64,000 nucleotides of DNA from Octopus vulgaris (taxonomy: Eukaryota). The stretch lies in assembly GCA_951406725.2 (NCBI GenBank), contig OX597814.1, positions 99,386,001 to 99,450,000 on the forward strand. The letters run 5' to 3'. The first letter of the stretch is position 1; the number at the start of each line of letters is the position of its first letter. Positions 43,327 to 58,679 of this stretch are shown piece by piece. The notes beneath the pieces were generated by a model. The model was not told the DNA's origin and searched no databases. It saw only the letters and a list, made by a program, of their open reading frames with translations. The position numbers and the translations under genes are program-made.

Positions 43327-43698
43327 TCTCTCTCTATATAAACGGCAGTTTGTCTGTGCGTGTTTCTGTGTGTCTGTTTGCTTGTACCCTCACCCTGATC
43401 ACGGCTTTCAACCGATTCTGATGAAACTTGACACACACATAGCCCAATGTCATAATTCAAACCTAACGCAGCGAAAATTTTGAAAAGTTCCCCCAGTTCT
43501 GAAAAAAATCGATAAATTCAACATGGGGTCGAGAATCGGAAACACAAACCGCAAACTGTCTAGGGGACGCAACTCCACCTTTTTTAACTAAAAAAAGAAT
43601 TTACCATCATTTTTTGCTATTTTTGGGCTATAACTCTCTAAAAATGCTTTATAGTTATTTCCCTTACAAACCTGAGCAACGCCGGGCGATACTGCTAG
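43327..43698 (+). mobile_element. Non-autonomous Helitron sharing only its 3' end with 38146-38662
   Basis: A|TC start; last ~70 bp (taactctctaaaaatgctt..gagcaacgccgggcgatactgctag|t) nearly identical to H2; the 5' and internal sequence differ. Confidence 0.88.
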
Positions 43699-43841
43699 TA
43701 TAATATAAAATGAAAGAAATGAACACTTTCGACCTGATCTGCTGGGAGTTAGCTTCATATCAGCCTATTTGTGGTTACGAGCCAAGCAACACATAACCGC
43801 TGCTCATAGCGATGAGCGAAGGACTGAAACTGTCTCTCAAA

Positions 43842-43948
<107 letters not shown>

Positions 43949-43961
43949 AACTATCTATCTG

Positions 43962-44002
<41 letters not shown>

Positions 44003-44701
44003 TTATCGATCTATCTGTCAGTCTGTCTATCTGTCTGTCTGTCTATCTGTCTATCTATTGAGAGCGCATAATTATACGTGCGCATGTGTGTTCATATATA
44101 TACATATATAAACGAACTTGGAAGTGGTTGGGTGGCGTTCAGTTAAATAATAATATTGTCTATCTACTCCTAGAGCATTCAACGACAATATGAATTTTCA
44201 AAGACAGTTGCTCCCATAAATTACAAAATAAACCTCTTGATTTGTGGAGCTTCAAAGTTGGGAACAGAAACAAGGAAACCGAACGAAAATAAATATGGAG
44301 GGTCGTTTGACCAGAACGACAAGAAAATAGTGTACGCTGGGAAAAATATTTTCTTTGAAATGAGAAAAGAGAAAAGAGAGGGAAAAAAACGTCCTATCGT
44401 TAGAACGTCTTGCAGGAAAAGAAAGATGGTCACGTGAGGAAAAGACTGATAGACCAGAGTCACCTGTGAGCAACGAGAGAAAGAGAGAGAGAAACGGAAA
44501 GAGGGAAGAAAGAGATGGATAGAAAACGGTGAAAGGGAGAAAAAGCGAATTAGAGAAGGATGGGAGAGTGACCAATATAGGGTAGAGTCGCATCAAAAAG
44601 GTTAAGCTAAACTTATTTGGAAATGGATGTGTTGCGTTCAATTAAAAATATTATAAATAGTATATATGTATATAGATATACATATATATACATATATGGA
44701 T

Positions 44702-44797
<96 letters not shown>

Positions 44798-45555
44798 TTA
44801 TATATATATATACATATATGTGTGTATATTTTATATATATATATATACATATATGTGTATATTTTATATATATATATATATATATCTTCATATAAATGCA
44901 TATATGTGTTACATGGAAAAATGCAAGCATGAAAACGTAATATTCTTAAGATTATAAACCTGGAAAAGTAAAGGACAAATTATTACACCTGTAAAAGTAT
45001 AGGACAAACTATTACTTCAAGTAAAGTAAAGAATAAGAAATTTTTACTTAAAATATTGCAGCAAAGAATGCCAGTTAAGCATTTCATCCAGCGCGCTAAC
45101 ATTGATTTTAGAAGTATATTCTTTAATTCTTATAGCTGAAGTATTACTCCCTTACTCTCTTACTTACTGACACGAAATTTCGTGGCATTTCACCCCATAA
45201 CTTTTCTTCTACTAATTTTTGTTCAACACGACTAACAACTCTGAATTCTTCATACATTTTTCTATCGTTTAAGCCTAAGAAAAGTATACTTTTATTTTAA
45301 ACTTAAAAAGTTTATATTAATTGAAGGCGAATAGGTGCCTTACTGCCTCGCCCCTTGAGGTCGCAGATATTTTGATGTAACTTTTTTTCTACTGAACCAA
45401 ATGTCTAACTATTTATGCCAAAGTATAGCTGAGGAGATGTCCTCTTAAAAACTGTTAACAGTTTGCAATTTAGTTGTGAACTGCGATTGATGAAATGGAG
45501 GACTTAAGAATATATTCAACCACTACCGTGGTTGTACGAATTATGTATACATATG

Positions 45556-46103
45556 TCTTATATAAAATCCGTTCTGTCTGTGTATGTGTCTTCTCGGATC
45601 TCGGGCGTCCTCCATCCGATTGCGCTCAAATTTGATACGTAGATACCGGTGGTATCAGGGCGTGTATAATTATAAAAAATTACAAAAATCGATTCCAGGT
45701 GACAATGCGATCGATAAACCCGCTTTCGTCCTGCTTTTCTTCCGTCAACCTGTACATAACTGCACCTTCCATTTTTTGTTGTTTTTGTACTGCTTAAAGA
45801 CACATCTCTTTCCTGCCAAGCTTACTATTTAAACCATGTTTGTGTTCTTCCAGTCAACAGCCTTATCATTACTGGTACTTTAAACTATTCAGTTGCATAT
45901 TTGTGTGAATAAAATCGTTTTTCTTTGGAATATAAAAAAGCCTACCTTTATTTCTTCTTTTGCTGGTGTCTCAAATTTAGGTTAAATCAGTGTTTCTCAA
46001 AGTGGAGGCCTATGGGACGGTCGGACAAGTTGTTTTGAGAAAATTTGGTTTACATGTTTGACAAGTCAACACCGTCCATTGGACGGGGGGGGGGGTTTCC
46101 TCG
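45556..46103 (+). mobile_element. Non-autonomous Helitron-like element, family H1, longer copy
   Basis: TC start, hairpin CCGTCCA-T-TGGACGG, end CTCG|T; homologous to 1924-2264. Confidence 0.75.
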
Positions 46104-46166
46104 TACATCTATGTATCTATCTATCTATCTATCTATACATACATACATACATACGTACATATGTAT

Positions 46167-46237
<71 letters not shown>

Positions 46238-46265
46238 TATGTATGTATATATATACACATGTACG

Positions 46266-46303
<38 letters not shown>

Positions 46304-46803
46304 CACACACACATATATATATATATATGCATATGTACACACACACACACACACACACAAACACTGAGTACGGGCTCCTGTATAGGGAGTTTAAAAGCTT
46401 TGATCAACTTCAGATTATCTAAGCAATTAATAGGCTCTCACTCGAAATGTAATTGAAACACTACCGTATATGAATATAGTGTGTAAAATAGTCCCTTGAG
46501 GACCTTTCCTCATCTATAATATATGACTGTTTGAGTGTATTTATAGACATACATATATATATATGTTTATCCATAGACATACGTCCATACGCATAAACAT
46601 ACACCTATACATCAACATACATTCACACTCACTCTCACATGCACACACAAATAATCATACACATGTACATGGATATAAGTGGTTTAACACTCTTCACTCG
46701 GCGTGTGCCACTGTTTATGTATGCAAACAAATATACAAGCACGAGCCTTCCCCCCCACCAGCGCGCGTGCGCAAACACACACATATACATGTATATTACA
46801 TAC

Positions 46804-46894
<91 letters not shown>

Positions 46895-47012
46895 CACATG
46901 CATGCATTATATATCGCTGTGCGTGTGTACATATGTAATTATGTGTGTGTTTGTACGGGCATCTGTGTGTGCGTTCGCAGAGGCAGTGAAGAACATATTC
47001 AGCAGTTGTAAT

Positions 47013-47072
47013 TGCCATCCTTAACTACCTCCTACAATTTAGAGATCAAAGAAGCCGCTGGCCTTGCTCTGA
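47013..47072 (+). repeat. Left arm of a 60-bp inverted repeat (partner 50545-50604)
   Basis: 57/60 identity to the reverse complement of 50545-50604 by manual alignment. Confidence 0.9.
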
Positions 47073-47904
47073 TCGTGTCGATTCTTGATAATATTCAAGT
47101 GGCGACCTCCATTCTATGCCGAACAATAGTAGGAGATGTTTAATTCCAAAGTGTCTTTTGATATACTGTTAGTGTCTTAACAACCAACGCAATAGACCCA
47201 CCCAGTTCATCACATTCCTTCTCTTTCTCTTTCATTCATTCTTTCTCTCAAACACTTTCTTTTACTTTCTTCCTATTTAAAGCAATCCTCGAACAAAACC
47301 CGATTACATTTCCAGCCATTTCCCTTTATATTTCTTCATTCCTCTTCCACACACATTCACACATACACTCTCAATTATAATAAACATACACACACATTCA
47401 GACCCAGACACAATATTTGAGTCTCTTTCTCTCTTCCAATTGAACATCAATTTCACTCTGTGTACGAAATAAGCTTCACACCGCTTCTACCACGCTTTCA
47501 CTAAAAGAACTGTCTTCTTTCCAAATTATCATTTCATCCACACTCATACGGCCGAACACACACATGAACACACTCACTTCTCTTTTTCTATCTGTCTCTC
47601 TCTTTCTCTGTCTTACAAACCCTGCAGATAAAAACCATGTCAATTGTGATGTCGCCTTATTTGACCGTTTCTTTTATTAGTGAACAAATGTTATAGCAGC
47701 CTATTGTAATGATATTATATCAATAGCAGTGACGGATGGTTGTAACTAATAAGAATAAACAGATCATGACTACAAGCACTGGTCAAATCACTAAGCAAAA
47801 TATACAAGCCATGAAACGAATGAACCAGGTTTGTACATATGTATCCATGCACAATCATTCACACGCGCGCTCTAACGCACACACTCATGCATCTATCTAT
47901 CTAT

Positions 47905-47983
47905 ATTTCATCCCCCAAAAGAAAAGCTCTACCTTGTAACTTGTCCCATCTGTGTGCAGCCCTGTGTGGCCAATAAAGAAACA
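47905..47983 (+). mobile_element. Extremely 5'-truncated copy (3' end only) of the Tx1/L1 LINE
   Basis: AAAAGAAAAGCTCTACCTTGTAA..AATAAAGAAACA matches 49349-49415 with 4 substitutions; (TCTA)n on both sides. Confidence 0.9.
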
Positions 47984-48013
<30 letters not shown>

Positions 48014-48014
<1 letters not shown>

Positions 48015-49036
48015 ACCGCCTGACCGTCGTACCTTGTCCCGACCCTACCATCACCAAACTACAACGCATCCTCTTTCGCTTCTTGTGGAAAGGATGCGTC
48101 CCGATGGTCAGGCGATCCATTTGCTGTCAACACCCGTTAAAAGGAGGGCTGGGCATGCCGTGGTTGATGATGCGCAGACACGCGCTGAGACTGCGGCATC
48201 TCTGGCTCTATGTAGACGACGGTGAACAGGTGTGGTCGCCGTTTGTGAGGCACGCTTTCCCGCAGCTCGTCTCCATGACCGAACTGCAGTCGTGGATCAA
48301 AAAGAGGCCGAGGAAGGGCGAATGGCACCGCGAGTGTCGCGTTGCTCTCAAGCAACTCTGCCGTCCTGGGTCGACCTTAAGTGACTTCAACACAACCAAA
48401 GCATTCTATAGGGGTTTAGTGGAGGGGAGGTACGACGACGAGCTCGGGGCGAACCTGGACGCCGACGAGGAGTACCTGACCCGCCTGTTCAGGACGACTT
48501 TCGGGCCAGGGCCCATGGACAACTTCCAGAGATCCCTGGCCTGGCAGTGCTACCGAGAAGCGCTACCCGTTCGGGATAAGCTCTACAGACACGGCTCGAG
48601 AAACACGGGGCCGACCTGCCCGAGATGCGGTCAGAGCGACGAAACCGTTCTGCACGCACTCGTTCAGTGTCCAACAATTTCCGACCTGTGGGCTTATGTC
48701 GAACAACTGCTGTCACGTGTGGGACGAGTCGGTTTATCAGCTGAGTCTATCGTCAATATTGTCACGCCTCCTTCCTTCAAACGGGAAGGAAGAGCTATTT
48801 TCATCATCCTTGTGGCTATGGCGAAAGAATGTATCTGGTGGACGCGCCTGAAAGGATTAGAGACAAACACTTTCCTCTCTGGTCAATCTCTCATCAACTT
48901 CTTCAAGTACCACTTGAAAAGGAAAGTGAGAGTAGAGAGGCAAGTTTTGTCTAGCGAATGTTTTAAAAAAAGATGGGTGAATGTAGCAAGAATGGCACGT
49001 ATGAATGACGAAGCCACCTTGAGCATAGTCCTATGA
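48014..49036 (+). CDS. LINE ORF2 C-terminal region with zf-RVT CCHC finger; lacks EN, RT and a true start
   Basis: FRFLWKG..HPLKGGLGMP (L1/Tx1 GGLG motif); WQCYREALPVRDKL..CPRCGQSDETVLHALVQC; IWWTR. Confidence 0.9.
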
Positions 49037-49415
49037 ACCCAGAAATCGAAAACAGAGAGTTGCTTATTTGCAAAAAAAAAAAAAAAAGAAATATAAAATG
49101 TGACATCATTGACCGAGGTTACCGTGGTCTTTTCCGTAGGCTTTTCTTTGCACGGGTAAACCTCACCTGTCCTCCCCTTTACACTTCATATTGACATTTC
49201 TGTGATAACGATCCCTATTGATCAATTTTTTTTCCTCCCCCCTTTTTTTAAACCCCCTTTTTTTGTCCTCTTTCTCTCCTTTTACGATCCCTTTTGATCG
49301 AAACTCCCCCTTCCTTTTTTTTTTTTTTTTTTTCTTTCTTAAACCTTCAAAAGAAAAGCTCTACCTTGTAATTTGTTCTATCTGTGTGCAGCCCTGTGTG
49401 GCTAATAAAGAAACA
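48014..49415 (+). mobile_element. Young 5'-truncated Tx1/L1-clade LINE (ORF2 C-terminus plus 3' UTR)
   Basis: CpG-rich, uninterrupted frame; 3' UTR with internal A and T tracts; ends AATAAAGAAACA directly into (TATC)n with no poly(A). Confidence 0.92.
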
Positions 49416-49466
<51 letters not shown>

Positions 49467-49476
49467 ATCTATCAAT

Positions 49477-49606
<130 letters not shown>

Positions 49607-49638
49607 GCCTACCTACCTACATATCCATCCATTCATCC

Positions 49639-49697
<59 letters not shown>

Positions 49698-50544
49698 GAT
49701 CGATCGATCTATCTATATCTATATACGTTTATGTATATATTTATATATATCTAACAGCATGTGTGAGAGGGATGGTGCTCTTGTGTTTGCCCTCTACCAG
49801 TGATTTAAAACCGGTGTTGGTTTGTTTACGTCCCTGTAGCTGCTGGCCAAAAGAGCATATATTAGGCTTAAATGAAGAAAATAATTACTAGAGTCGATTT
49901 CTTCGTCTAAATCCGTAATATTGTACTGCAACATATCTGCAGTGAAATGACAGAAACATAATACATTTCTATATTCAGAATACAAAGCAGAAAAATGTAA
50001 ACTTCTCTGATTGATCATAATTAGTATCAGTCTATGGTTAGCATAGACCGTAATATTCCTGATAATTTGGAGTAAATATTGTTAGAATTTAATCTAATTG
50101 ATGTACTTAATTAATGACGAAAATGTGGTGTTTATTATGCTAATTCTTTATGAAACAGCTGTTGGAGGCAATTCTAATTACGAATTATACGTGAAATTTA
50201 TGCCTGTAGCTTTTTACATGAAATATAGGATATAACCGATCATACATATAGACACTATCCTTTTCCACCTTGATTTAAAGTAATGTTATAAATGTTATAA
50301 CGTGTGTGTGGGTTTTTGTGTGAGTGCGCGTGTGTGTGTATTTATCGATTACATTAATCACATTCTGATTGACACTTCCATCTGTTAAAAAGTACCTCTT
50401 TGCGACAATGTAAACTTTCATATAATCACGATACATTTAGCCTGAAGAGTAGCCTGCGGTATACAACTCACTTTGATATTTACCACTTCCGCGGATCTAC
50501 TCACTATGAAACACATGTAGATCTTTTCTACTTCATTCTTTAAC

Positions 50545-50604
50545 TCAGAGCAAGGTCAGCGGATTCTTTGATCTCTGAATTGTAGGAGGTAGTTAAGGAT
50601 GGCA
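50545..50604 (-). repeat. Right arm of the 60-bp inverted repeat
   Basis: See 47013-47072. Confidence 0.9.
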
Positions 50605-51400
50605 CACCTGGCAAGCCTGGTCGCCTACCATGAAATATAAAAGAACATTTTTCAGTTTATCGTACTTCGATAGGAAAAAATCCACAACCTTCCGTCTCAA
50701 TAAACCACTATTGTCGCTGAAAGTTGTTATATTTACTACGGATTGCTTGATGCTAACTTTCTTCCTACATCTCGATCCTTGGATCTTATATATATATATA
50801 TAAATATATATATATACAGATACCTACCTACTTACTTACCTCCCTTCCTCCCTCCCTTCCTACATCCTACCTACATGCATACCTACCTACCTCCTACCTA
50901 CCTATATAATACATACATACGTACATAAATTCACGCATACATACTTACATAAATACTACATAGAAAGGTTAGCAAGGTATATATTAATCAAAGCGAAATA
51001 CTTCTTAAGACCGCTGCAGATAAAAATACACCAGGCTAGCAAAAACGTTTTGCGATCGGTATTGTGCTCCAAATAATCCGAAGGGGAAAGTCGAAGTCGA
51101 AATCAATCACCAGTCAACTTTGTAAATCTGTGGTTTTATTACAGTCATATTTTTTTACGTACGCAATAGACAGAAATAATGTGTCATGTATATTTATTTA
51201 TTTATTATGGGCCCAGAAGAAGATATCATTTTCTGGGTCGTTCCCTATATTTTCAGGCGATCAACCTATCGATTGATCAAATCATGTCATCAACGCATCC
51301 AAATGCATGTTTGAAACAGCTGTAAGCCTATAGTAAATAAATGCATATAACATGTGCGTGTGTGTAGATATATAAATATAAAGATATATACATATATATA

Positions 51401-51481
<81 letters not shown>

Positions 51482-51804
51482 TGTGTGTATGTATGTATGT
51501 GTGTGTGTGTGTGCGTGCGCGCGTGCGTATATAGTTGAAACACCCCTGTCACAAACTGGGACTTTCAAGACTGCTAAATGCAAGAAAGTATACAAGTCCC
51601 TTAATATTTAATATTCAATATTTCATCTATTCTGTAAGACAATCAATGCTTCATTTCATTTTACTATATATATATATATATTATTTATACTATATATTCT
51701 ATATTCTACCTTAATATTATAAAGAATATAAATAAAACATAAAAAACAGAGTTGGAATTCCTTTGAATAATATACATCCCTCTAGACACAATCATACAGA
51801 CCCC

Positions 51805-51892
<88 letters not shown>

Positions 51893-51899
51893 GATGTGA

Positions 51900-51981
<82 letters not shown>

Positions 51982-52094
51982 TATATATATACATCTACAT
52001 ATGCATAGACGTATACATATATGAATACATACATCCATACATACATACATGCATTCGTACATACATGCATGTGTGTATGTGTCTGTGCGTGTAC

Positions 52095-52156
<62 letters not shown>

Positions 52157-52724
52157 CTATATAGATATTTACAAACATATATACGCACATACATGTACGC
52201 ACACACATACACACATATTGCACACAGTTATACTCATTGACAAAATGTAGGGGTATGTAGAAGTATTAACCAATTTCTACACATTGCTAAGCATGATACA
52301 GCAAATCTGTTTACTCACTCTTACAAACACTGAAGACATATATATGTATATACACTCATATATATACGCACAAGCGTATGGTCACACGTACACGCAAACA
52401 TGCACACACATACGTACAATACACGTGTGCATTAGTGCATGGACACACAACGTCACTGGATGGCACGTAAATGCACACACATACATGCAGAATAGAATCA
52501 AAAATCAGAGAAGCAAAACAAATTAACTTGTATAATTATGTTTGTCATAAAAATCTTTTGATTTCTGAACCGAACGAAATCATATCAAGGAAAGAGTGGA
52601 GATGGTTATGAGAGTGACGACAATAATTATGATTATGATGATTATACTGATGAAAAATAAGTGCTTTATAATGATCATGACACTCATGATGATTGGGGAG
52701 ATAGGCAGTAGATAATGCTGCTGC

Positions 52725-53440
<716 letters not shown>

Positions 53441-54059
53441 TGTTTTCTTATGAAATGATGCATGTAGAATATTATGAAGCTTTACTGAATATATTTTTTT
53501 CATTCCCTGTGTAGGTGCTGATTATTTTTTCAAATGGGGTCCTCGAAGCGTGTGGACAACTGCACAAATATGAGGGATGGACGAAACATCTGCTTCTTTT
53601 TTTTTTTCTTTTTTGTTCTTAAATATTTTTTAGAAAAGAAATAAAAAAAATACTGTTAAAAGATTGCAATTCATATTGAAATATTGAAAACCAATATGGC
53701 TTCCTATACTTAAGGGAAGAGGTACCGTGAACAAAATTATAGTGTTGATTACGCCGTACCCACCTCCGAAAAAAAAAAGAACTGAATAAAATCGAGGATA
53801 AACCGTATAAGATGACAAAAAATTAAATACGTACACTCACAAACGCACTGACAGTTCCGTTTTCACCACCAAAACACAAACTGGCATGATATAGATAAAA
53901 GTATTAATGTTATTACAACGCAGTTTTGTCGAATAGTAAAAAAAAGTCAAAGTGAAGTTTTAGATCAGATTTGATTCAAAGAAGATGCAATTCCTCAAAA
54001 ATGTTTGTCTCCTTGCCTGATCTTTCCTACACACGTCAATATAATAATAATAATGCTCC

Positions 54060-54243
54060 TTTCTACTTTAGGCACAAGGCCTGAGATTTGGGGGAAGTAC
54101 TCAACTGTTACTTAATTTATAGATCCCAAAAATATGAAAGACATTGTCGACCTCGGTGGAATTCGAACTCAGAACCTGGAGACAGAAGAAATACCACTAA
54201 ACATTTCGCCCGGCATGCTAACAATTCTGCCAGCCCACCGCTT
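54060..54243 (-). mobile_element. SINE family A, tail type 2
   Basis: ggcacaaggcctgagattt..ctcggtggaattcgaactcagaac..ctgccagcccaccgc on the + strand. Confidence 0.8.
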
Positions 54244-54266
54244 CAAACAACAACAACGACGATGAC

Positions 54267-54354
<88 letters not shown>

Positions 54355-54360
54355 TAATAA

Positions 54361-55108
54361 ACTAAAGAGAAAATAGAGAATGCAAAATCCCAACGATGAC
54401 TGGGAAGCTCATGACTCAATGCAGACACTGAAGGATTTTAAATTGTAGCACAAGAACAAAGCCTCCCCACTACGAATGATCAAAAGCATGCAATGAAAAG
54501 AAGCACATGTTACTGCAGAATATGTGGAGATAGAGAAGAAACAATAAACTACATTGTCCTTGGCTGCCCAGTCCTGGCTAAGAAGGAATATATTCACGGA
54601 CACGTCAGAGTTTGAAGCTAAGCCAACACTGGAATAACAACAGAAAACAGATGGTATAAGCGCACGACAGAAAAGGTCACAGAAATGAGAAAGCAACCAT
54701 ACTATGAGATATACCAATACACACAGATAGAGAAATTAAGGCCAATAGGCCGGATATAGTAGTTAGAGATCACCAAGAAAAAATGTTTTCTAATTGATGT
54801 ATCAATACCAACAAATGACAATTTTTCTGTAAAAGAAACGAAGAAACTTTCAAAATACAAAGACCTGGAAATAGAGGTAACTCGAATGTAGAGTCTAAAA
54901 ACAGAAGCAATTCCTATTATAGTAGGCGCATTAGGTATGATACATAAATATTCAGATAAATACATAACAAGTACACCAGGACTAACAAGTATATATAACA
55001 TAGAAAATAGCACTACAAGGCACCACAATCATCCTACGTAAAATACTTTCAATACAGCAAAAATAAGAGCCAATCACAGCACATATCCAAGACACACAGA
55101 GCTGCTGA
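54361..55108 (+). mobile_element. R4/Dong-clade retrotransposon 3' end (CCHC plus restriction-like endonuclease), between (TAA)n arrays
   Basis: CRICGDREETINYIVLGCPVLAKKEYIHGH; ANRPDIVVRD..FLIDVSIP..KLSKYKDLEIE..IPIIVGALG (PD-D-K type RLE). Confidence 0.9.
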
Positions 55109-55959
55109 ATAATAATAATAACGATCCTTTCTATTGAAGGCACAAGGCCATGAAATTTGGGGGAGAGGACTATTCGATTACATCAGCCCTCCATAGTATT
55201 CGCTACTTAATACGGTTAAATGCCGAGTTAAAAATCAGAGTGAATGCTGCATTGAAGAATATGACGTTTGTCGTTTGGGAGTCTCTTTGAATCATCTTCA
55301 CAAACCCGTGCAATTTTAGAAACATCTATCTCGGATAGTTTCAACTTTTTGTAGCAAATCGTAGAGAGGGTTTGATGTATATCTGTCTCCGGAGGAACGT
55401 TGAAATATTTAGATAATCCAAATTATCCGACACATTTTACCATACTAAGCGCAAGAGGATTTTCTCCTTTCGACAGAAACTGAATCTCAGCATTTTAATT
55501 CGTTGTTCAGCGTAAACAGTGATGGATCGGAACCATAAGCACACGTGTTAAATCCATAACAGTGACTCCCTCTGGTTTCTTCTGCAAAATATATATATTC
55601 AGTCATTATTGCGAAAGTTTGAAGTATTTGTGTGCATCCAACTTTAGTGAAAGCATAGTACTAACTACCAGATCCCACTAACTTGTGAGTAACGATTAAG
55701 CCCTTGATAAGCAAAATACAAATAGAGACAAAGTCAATTGATTTTCTTTCAGCATTTTCAATATATATACAATAATTTTATATATGTATGGATGCTAATG
55801 ATAATAAAAACTCATCATATAAAACAGTATTATGATTTGCTTTAAGCATTGCACCATGCACAAATAATATATAGGTTTGAAGCAAAATCTTTGAGTAATG
55901 CATTTGAGGAGTTAGTCAAGATGTATAAGGAGTGGATAAATGAGACGAAATTATATAAG

Positions 55960-56400
55960 TGCGGCAGTGCGATAAGAAGTTTGCTTCCTACCCATATGTT
56001 TCCCGGTTCAGTACCACTATTTAGCATATTGAACAAGTGTTTTCTACAATAGCCCCGGGCTGACTAAAGCCTTGTGATTAGATGTGATAGACGGAAACTA
56101 AAAGATATCAGTCAGATATGTATGTATATCTTGTGTGTGTGTATGTGTGCGTGTGTGTGTGTGTATATGTGTGCGTGCGTGCGTGCGAGCATGTGTTTGC
56201 GTGCCTTTGTGTTTGTATTTATGCCCAACACCGCTTGACAATGGGTGTTGGTCTGTGTCGCGGTTTGGCAAGAGATCCCGATAGAATAAATACCAGACTT
56301 TAAAAATATGTACTGGAGTCGATTCGTACGATTAAAACCCTACAAGGTAGTACCCCAGTATGACCACATTCGACTGCCTGAAACAAGTGAAAAGATAAAG
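55960..56400 (+). mobile_element. SINE family B, older copy
   Basis: ggttcagtaccact..aacaagtgttttctacaatagccccgggc..gacggaaact..gaaacaagtgaaaaga. Confidence 0.75.
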
Positions 56401-57188
56401 GATAATAGAAGAAAGAAAATAATTAAATTGTAACCACATATTTCTCCAATGTTCTAGGCTATTTTCTTTCTTCTATTTGAAAAGCGGACTCTTTCCCTAA
56501 GTATAATAGGTTCAGTAACCAACCTACCTTAGGTAATAAAATTTCTTGTCTTTTTGCTTTAATTTACTCGTATCACAATACTAATCGTATTTAACTCTTA
56601 ACCTGCATTACTCAAAGTTTCTTTTTCAAACATTTATGTTATTACATCAAATGTTAAGAGAAGTATGATTGTGGTCTTACGACACCTGTATAACTCAAAG
56701 GAATGATTGCCATCAATGTATATTGTATCAAAATAATTGATTACTAATACTAGAACACAATTTTGCCAGATTCTAAATACTAACTACTGTTCAATACAAG
56801 ACTTAAAGAAACACAGTTCAGTACCATTATGAGAAACAGATTTGGAATTTAAAGTAAAGTCGTGAGAAGTGAACAGAGAAAAGTGAGCAAACATGTGTTA
56901 CAAGGAGAAACTAATGTCCAAAACTCTCTTAAACAACCATGAGAAATCTGCGATTTCCTAAAATGTTGAATTTATTGATAAACAAGTGATAAATCTAAAG
57001 TCTACTTCATTAATTCTTATAACACTTTGCTACAGAAACAGAAGTAATTAAGTGGCTCCTACTGTTTTTAAGTTTTATTATGATTAAAACATTAAACATA
57101 AACATAAAGCACACATATAACATCTCTCTCTGTCCCTCTCTCTTTCTTCCTCTCCCACCTCCTTTTATCTTACTGTGTATATATATAT

Positions 57189-57343
<155 letters not shown>

Positions 57344-58260
57344 CAGAAACAAGCAAGATATGTATGGATTATATGTGCGTGCATGTACGTATATGCACTC
57401 ACACGCGTACAGAGTAAGAGAAATAGTCAGGGTGTGTGTGTGGCTGAGTGTGTGAGTGTGTACGAGAGAGAGAGAGAGAGAGAGAGAGAAGTAGGAAAAG
57501 AAAAAGAAGGGTGAGTGAGAACTCAGTAAAGGTATTACGCATTAAGAGATCAGGAATTTTTAATAAGATGTGTATTATGATTAAAATCGAAAATACTTGA
57601 AAATATCCATTGAGTTACAACGTGTCGAATCTCTATACACACATACGCCCTCGCACACAAACATACAATAAGTGCATAAATATATATATATAGTAAATAT
57701 AATTCTGTGTAAATTCCTAGAGCTACTAGACTTAGTGAATGATATTCACGAGATTAAAATCAGTTTGAAGTGTATATACTTATAGAAACACTAATAAAAC
57801 TAATTCCGAATACATTATGATATTTTTTTAAATATAATTATACACTGCCTTATATATTTATAGTGTACATTTATTTATGATAATAAATTTATTCCTTCCC
57901 CTTCTACTTGAATCAATAACCTCGATTCCAGCCTTTTTATGATCTGTGTTCACATTCTAAGGAAGGGATTTCTGAACTAGTGAAAAGAGACTGTCAGGAA
58001 ATTACTGTGGCCGATGTGATAGATAATCCACTAGCAATTCTCTTAAAATCGAATTAATATTCATGTATTAAAAAAATCAGTCGTTTATATCCTTCATACT
58101 GTCTTTTACGATCTGTTTTCAAATCCTGTTCGAGTCAAATTTGCCTTTCATATTCGATAAAATATAAGACTAGTTAAAAATGCTAAGATAAGGAAAGCGA
58201 TATAAACGACCAATGTTTTGTTCAAAACAATGATCCTTGTACCTATCAAAGAAGTCAGTG

Positions 58261-58384
<124 letters not shown>

Positions 58385-58679
58385 CTCTGTCTGTGTGTGA
58401 GGGTGTGTGTTTGTGTGCATTCTTAAGAAAGATATTTGAACACTTAGACATTTCTGCTTTGCCTATTTATTAGTTATGACTCCATGTCTGGAATAACAAA
58501 CAAATATTTGTAAATAACGCCATAGGAAGCATAAATGAAACTTCTAAACTATAACAATATTTCAATGTAATTCTTCTCTCAGTATCAAGCGGGATAGTCT
58601 ATGAAACTGTATTGCAAATATTATAGTCAGTAAATACATCGCCAACGCATCAAAATGTAGGGGCAATCATGCTTCGCTA

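Noticed and set aside
47905-49415. Direct repeats flanking the 360-aa ORF read as LTRs or a long TSD
   Set aside because: No TG..CA ends, PBS or PPT; the protein is non-LTR type; the repeats differ at 4 sites and the first is separated from the ORF by its own TCTA tract.
55250-55500. Possible Tc1-like N-terminal HTH remnant on the minus strand
   Set aside because: Similarity too weak and frameshifted to support without a profile search.
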